Translations under genes and position numbers: made by a program
Shown here: positions 63,499-64,000 of the stretch, one piece after another
How positions within the stretch are numbered: position 1 is the stretch's first letter
Layout: the number at the start of each line of letters is the position of its first letter
The notes under the pieces: model-generated
Told to the model about the DNA's origin: nothing
Databases searched by the model: none
Seen by the model: the letters and a program-made list of their open reading frames with translations, nothing else
Assembly: GCA_018652595.1 (NCBI GenBank)
Contig: JABIBU010000016.1
Span: 26,911 to 90,910 of the forward strand
Length of the DNA: 64,000 nt
Direction of reading: 5' to 3'
Source of the DNA: Candidatus Magasanikiibacteriota bacterium
GTDB taxonomy: Bacteria > Patescibacteriota > Patescibacteriia > Magasanikbacterales > UBA922

Positions 63499-64000
63499 AT
63501 GAATATCCGAAACTTCTGTATTATTGCCCATATTGACCATGGCAAGTCCACTCTAGCGGACCGTCTTTTGGAATTGACTGGAACCATAGAAAAGAGAAAC
63601 ATGAAAGCTCAGCTCCTAGACCAGATGGACATAGAACAAGAGCGTGGTATTACCATCAAATTACAGCCAGTAAGGATGGCTTACAAGGACTATGTTTTGA
63701 ACCTAATAGATACTCCGGGTCATGTAGACTTTACTTATGAAGTTTCACGTTCCCTTGCAGCTGTAGAAGGTGCAATTCTTCTAGTCGATTCTACCCAAGG
63801 TGTACAGGCTCAAACTATTGGTAATCTATACTTAGCTCTAGAACAAGATCTTAAAATTATTCCAGTCCTAAATAAAATTGATCTGCCAAATGCAGATGTA
63901 GAAAAAGTAAGCGATGAAATTATTCATCTGATTGGCTGTAAAAAAGAAGACATACTCACCTGCTCTGCCAAGACTGGCGAAGGAGTGGAAGAAGTTTTGA
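63499..64000 (+). CDS. lepA: elongation factor 4 (LepA), 3'-truncated by window edge
   Basis: Hand-translated ORF absent from the track (no stop in window): [24 protein letters not shown]…DTPGHVDF…NKIDLP GTPase G1-G4 motifs typical of LepA. Confidence 0.85.
   Translation, partial: MNIRNFCIIAHIDHGKSTLADRLLELTGTIEKRNMKAQLLDQMDIEQERGITIKLQPVRMAYKDYVLNLIDTPGHVDFTYEVSRSLAAVEGAILLVDSTQGVQAQTIGNLYLALEQDLKIIPVLNKIDLPNADVEKVSDEIIHLIGCKKEDILTCSAKTGEGVEEVL

Noticed and set aside
1-64000. CRISPR arrays, rRNA and canonical tRNA genes
   Set aside because: No regularly spaced direct repeats with unique spacers. No 16S/23S/5S-like conserved stretches. No cloverleaf-compatible sequences were found by eye on either strand.

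Overview
This is a low-GC (about 35%) bacterial chromosome segment with strong CPR/Patescibacteria-like character (many ultra-small genes, an AlaRS lacking the C-Ala domain, a RpoA lacking the alpha-CTD, weak SD usage). I call about 71 protein genes, no rRNA, tRNA or CRISPR, and two candidate ncRNAs.

Gene content, left to right:
- 1-4.6 kb: 3' end of a D-Ala-D-Ala carboxypeptidase-like gene, a LigB/MEMO-like protein, a def-fmt pair and an O-antigen-ligase-family membrane protein.
- 5.1-8.6 kb: a GT2/GT4/Wzx glycosylation block.
- 9.3-13.4 kb (minus strand): a ribosomal-protein run, infA-rpmJ-rpsM-rpsK-rpsD-rpoA-rplQ followed by rplM-rpsI.
- 13.5-23.3 kb: a GtrA-family gene, truncated alaS, mnmA, an HD hydrolase, two small zinc-ribbon genes in a GC-rich islet, proC plus an ornithine aminotransferase, an SPFH protein and murA.
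- 25.3-35.6 kb: a large cell-envelope glycan cluster with a nucleotidyltransferase, four GT2 genes, PGI/PMI, a lytic transglycosylase and rmlD-like plus rmlB genes.
- 36.1-43.3 kb: NUDIX and HIT genes, then two paralogous ~735-aa polytopic membrane proteins flanking two CDP-alcohol phosphatidyltransferases (one markedly GC-rich).
- 43.4-49.0 kb: a GT4 gene, dnaB-ybaB-recR, rplU, a DUF192 gene and a MraY/WecA-family transferase.
- 49.3-64.0 kb: a GC-rich secreted acidic protein, a membrane-anchored zinc-ribbon ClpC-like ATPase, a truncated mraZ-rsmH-ftsL (dcw) cluster with GTGGG-type direct repeats (MraZ-box-like) upstream, a beta-CASP RNase, corA, murJ and the start of lepA.

The ORF track misses two genes: a 45-aa rpmJ (too short) and the 5'-partial lepA at the right edge.

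Most notable observations:
1. Three about 410-450 bp mini-cassettes, each one small 'IVS-type' gene (four-helix-bundle, GxxExxY, GIY-YIG) bracketed by 23-34 nt imperfect terminal inverted repeats and wedged exactly between operon genes. This looks like an rRNA-intervening-sequence-like or MITE-with-cargo element family operating in mRNA operons.
2. Two about 400-nt GC-rich, highly structured candidate ncRNAs (4641-5035 and 57783-58186). The second has a perfect sigma70 promoter and terminator and 14-17 bp long-range helices. Neither could be classed as RNase P, tmRNA or another known class by eye.
3. Several short repeat families: a double-hairpin SD/anti-SD-like element (3 copies), a 27-mer (3 copies, one in-frame inside a GT4 CDS), and an AGCTTTTC-type AT-rich intergenic motif (3 copies).
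4. A 15-bp perfect inverted repeat sequestering the rmlB ribosome-binding site.
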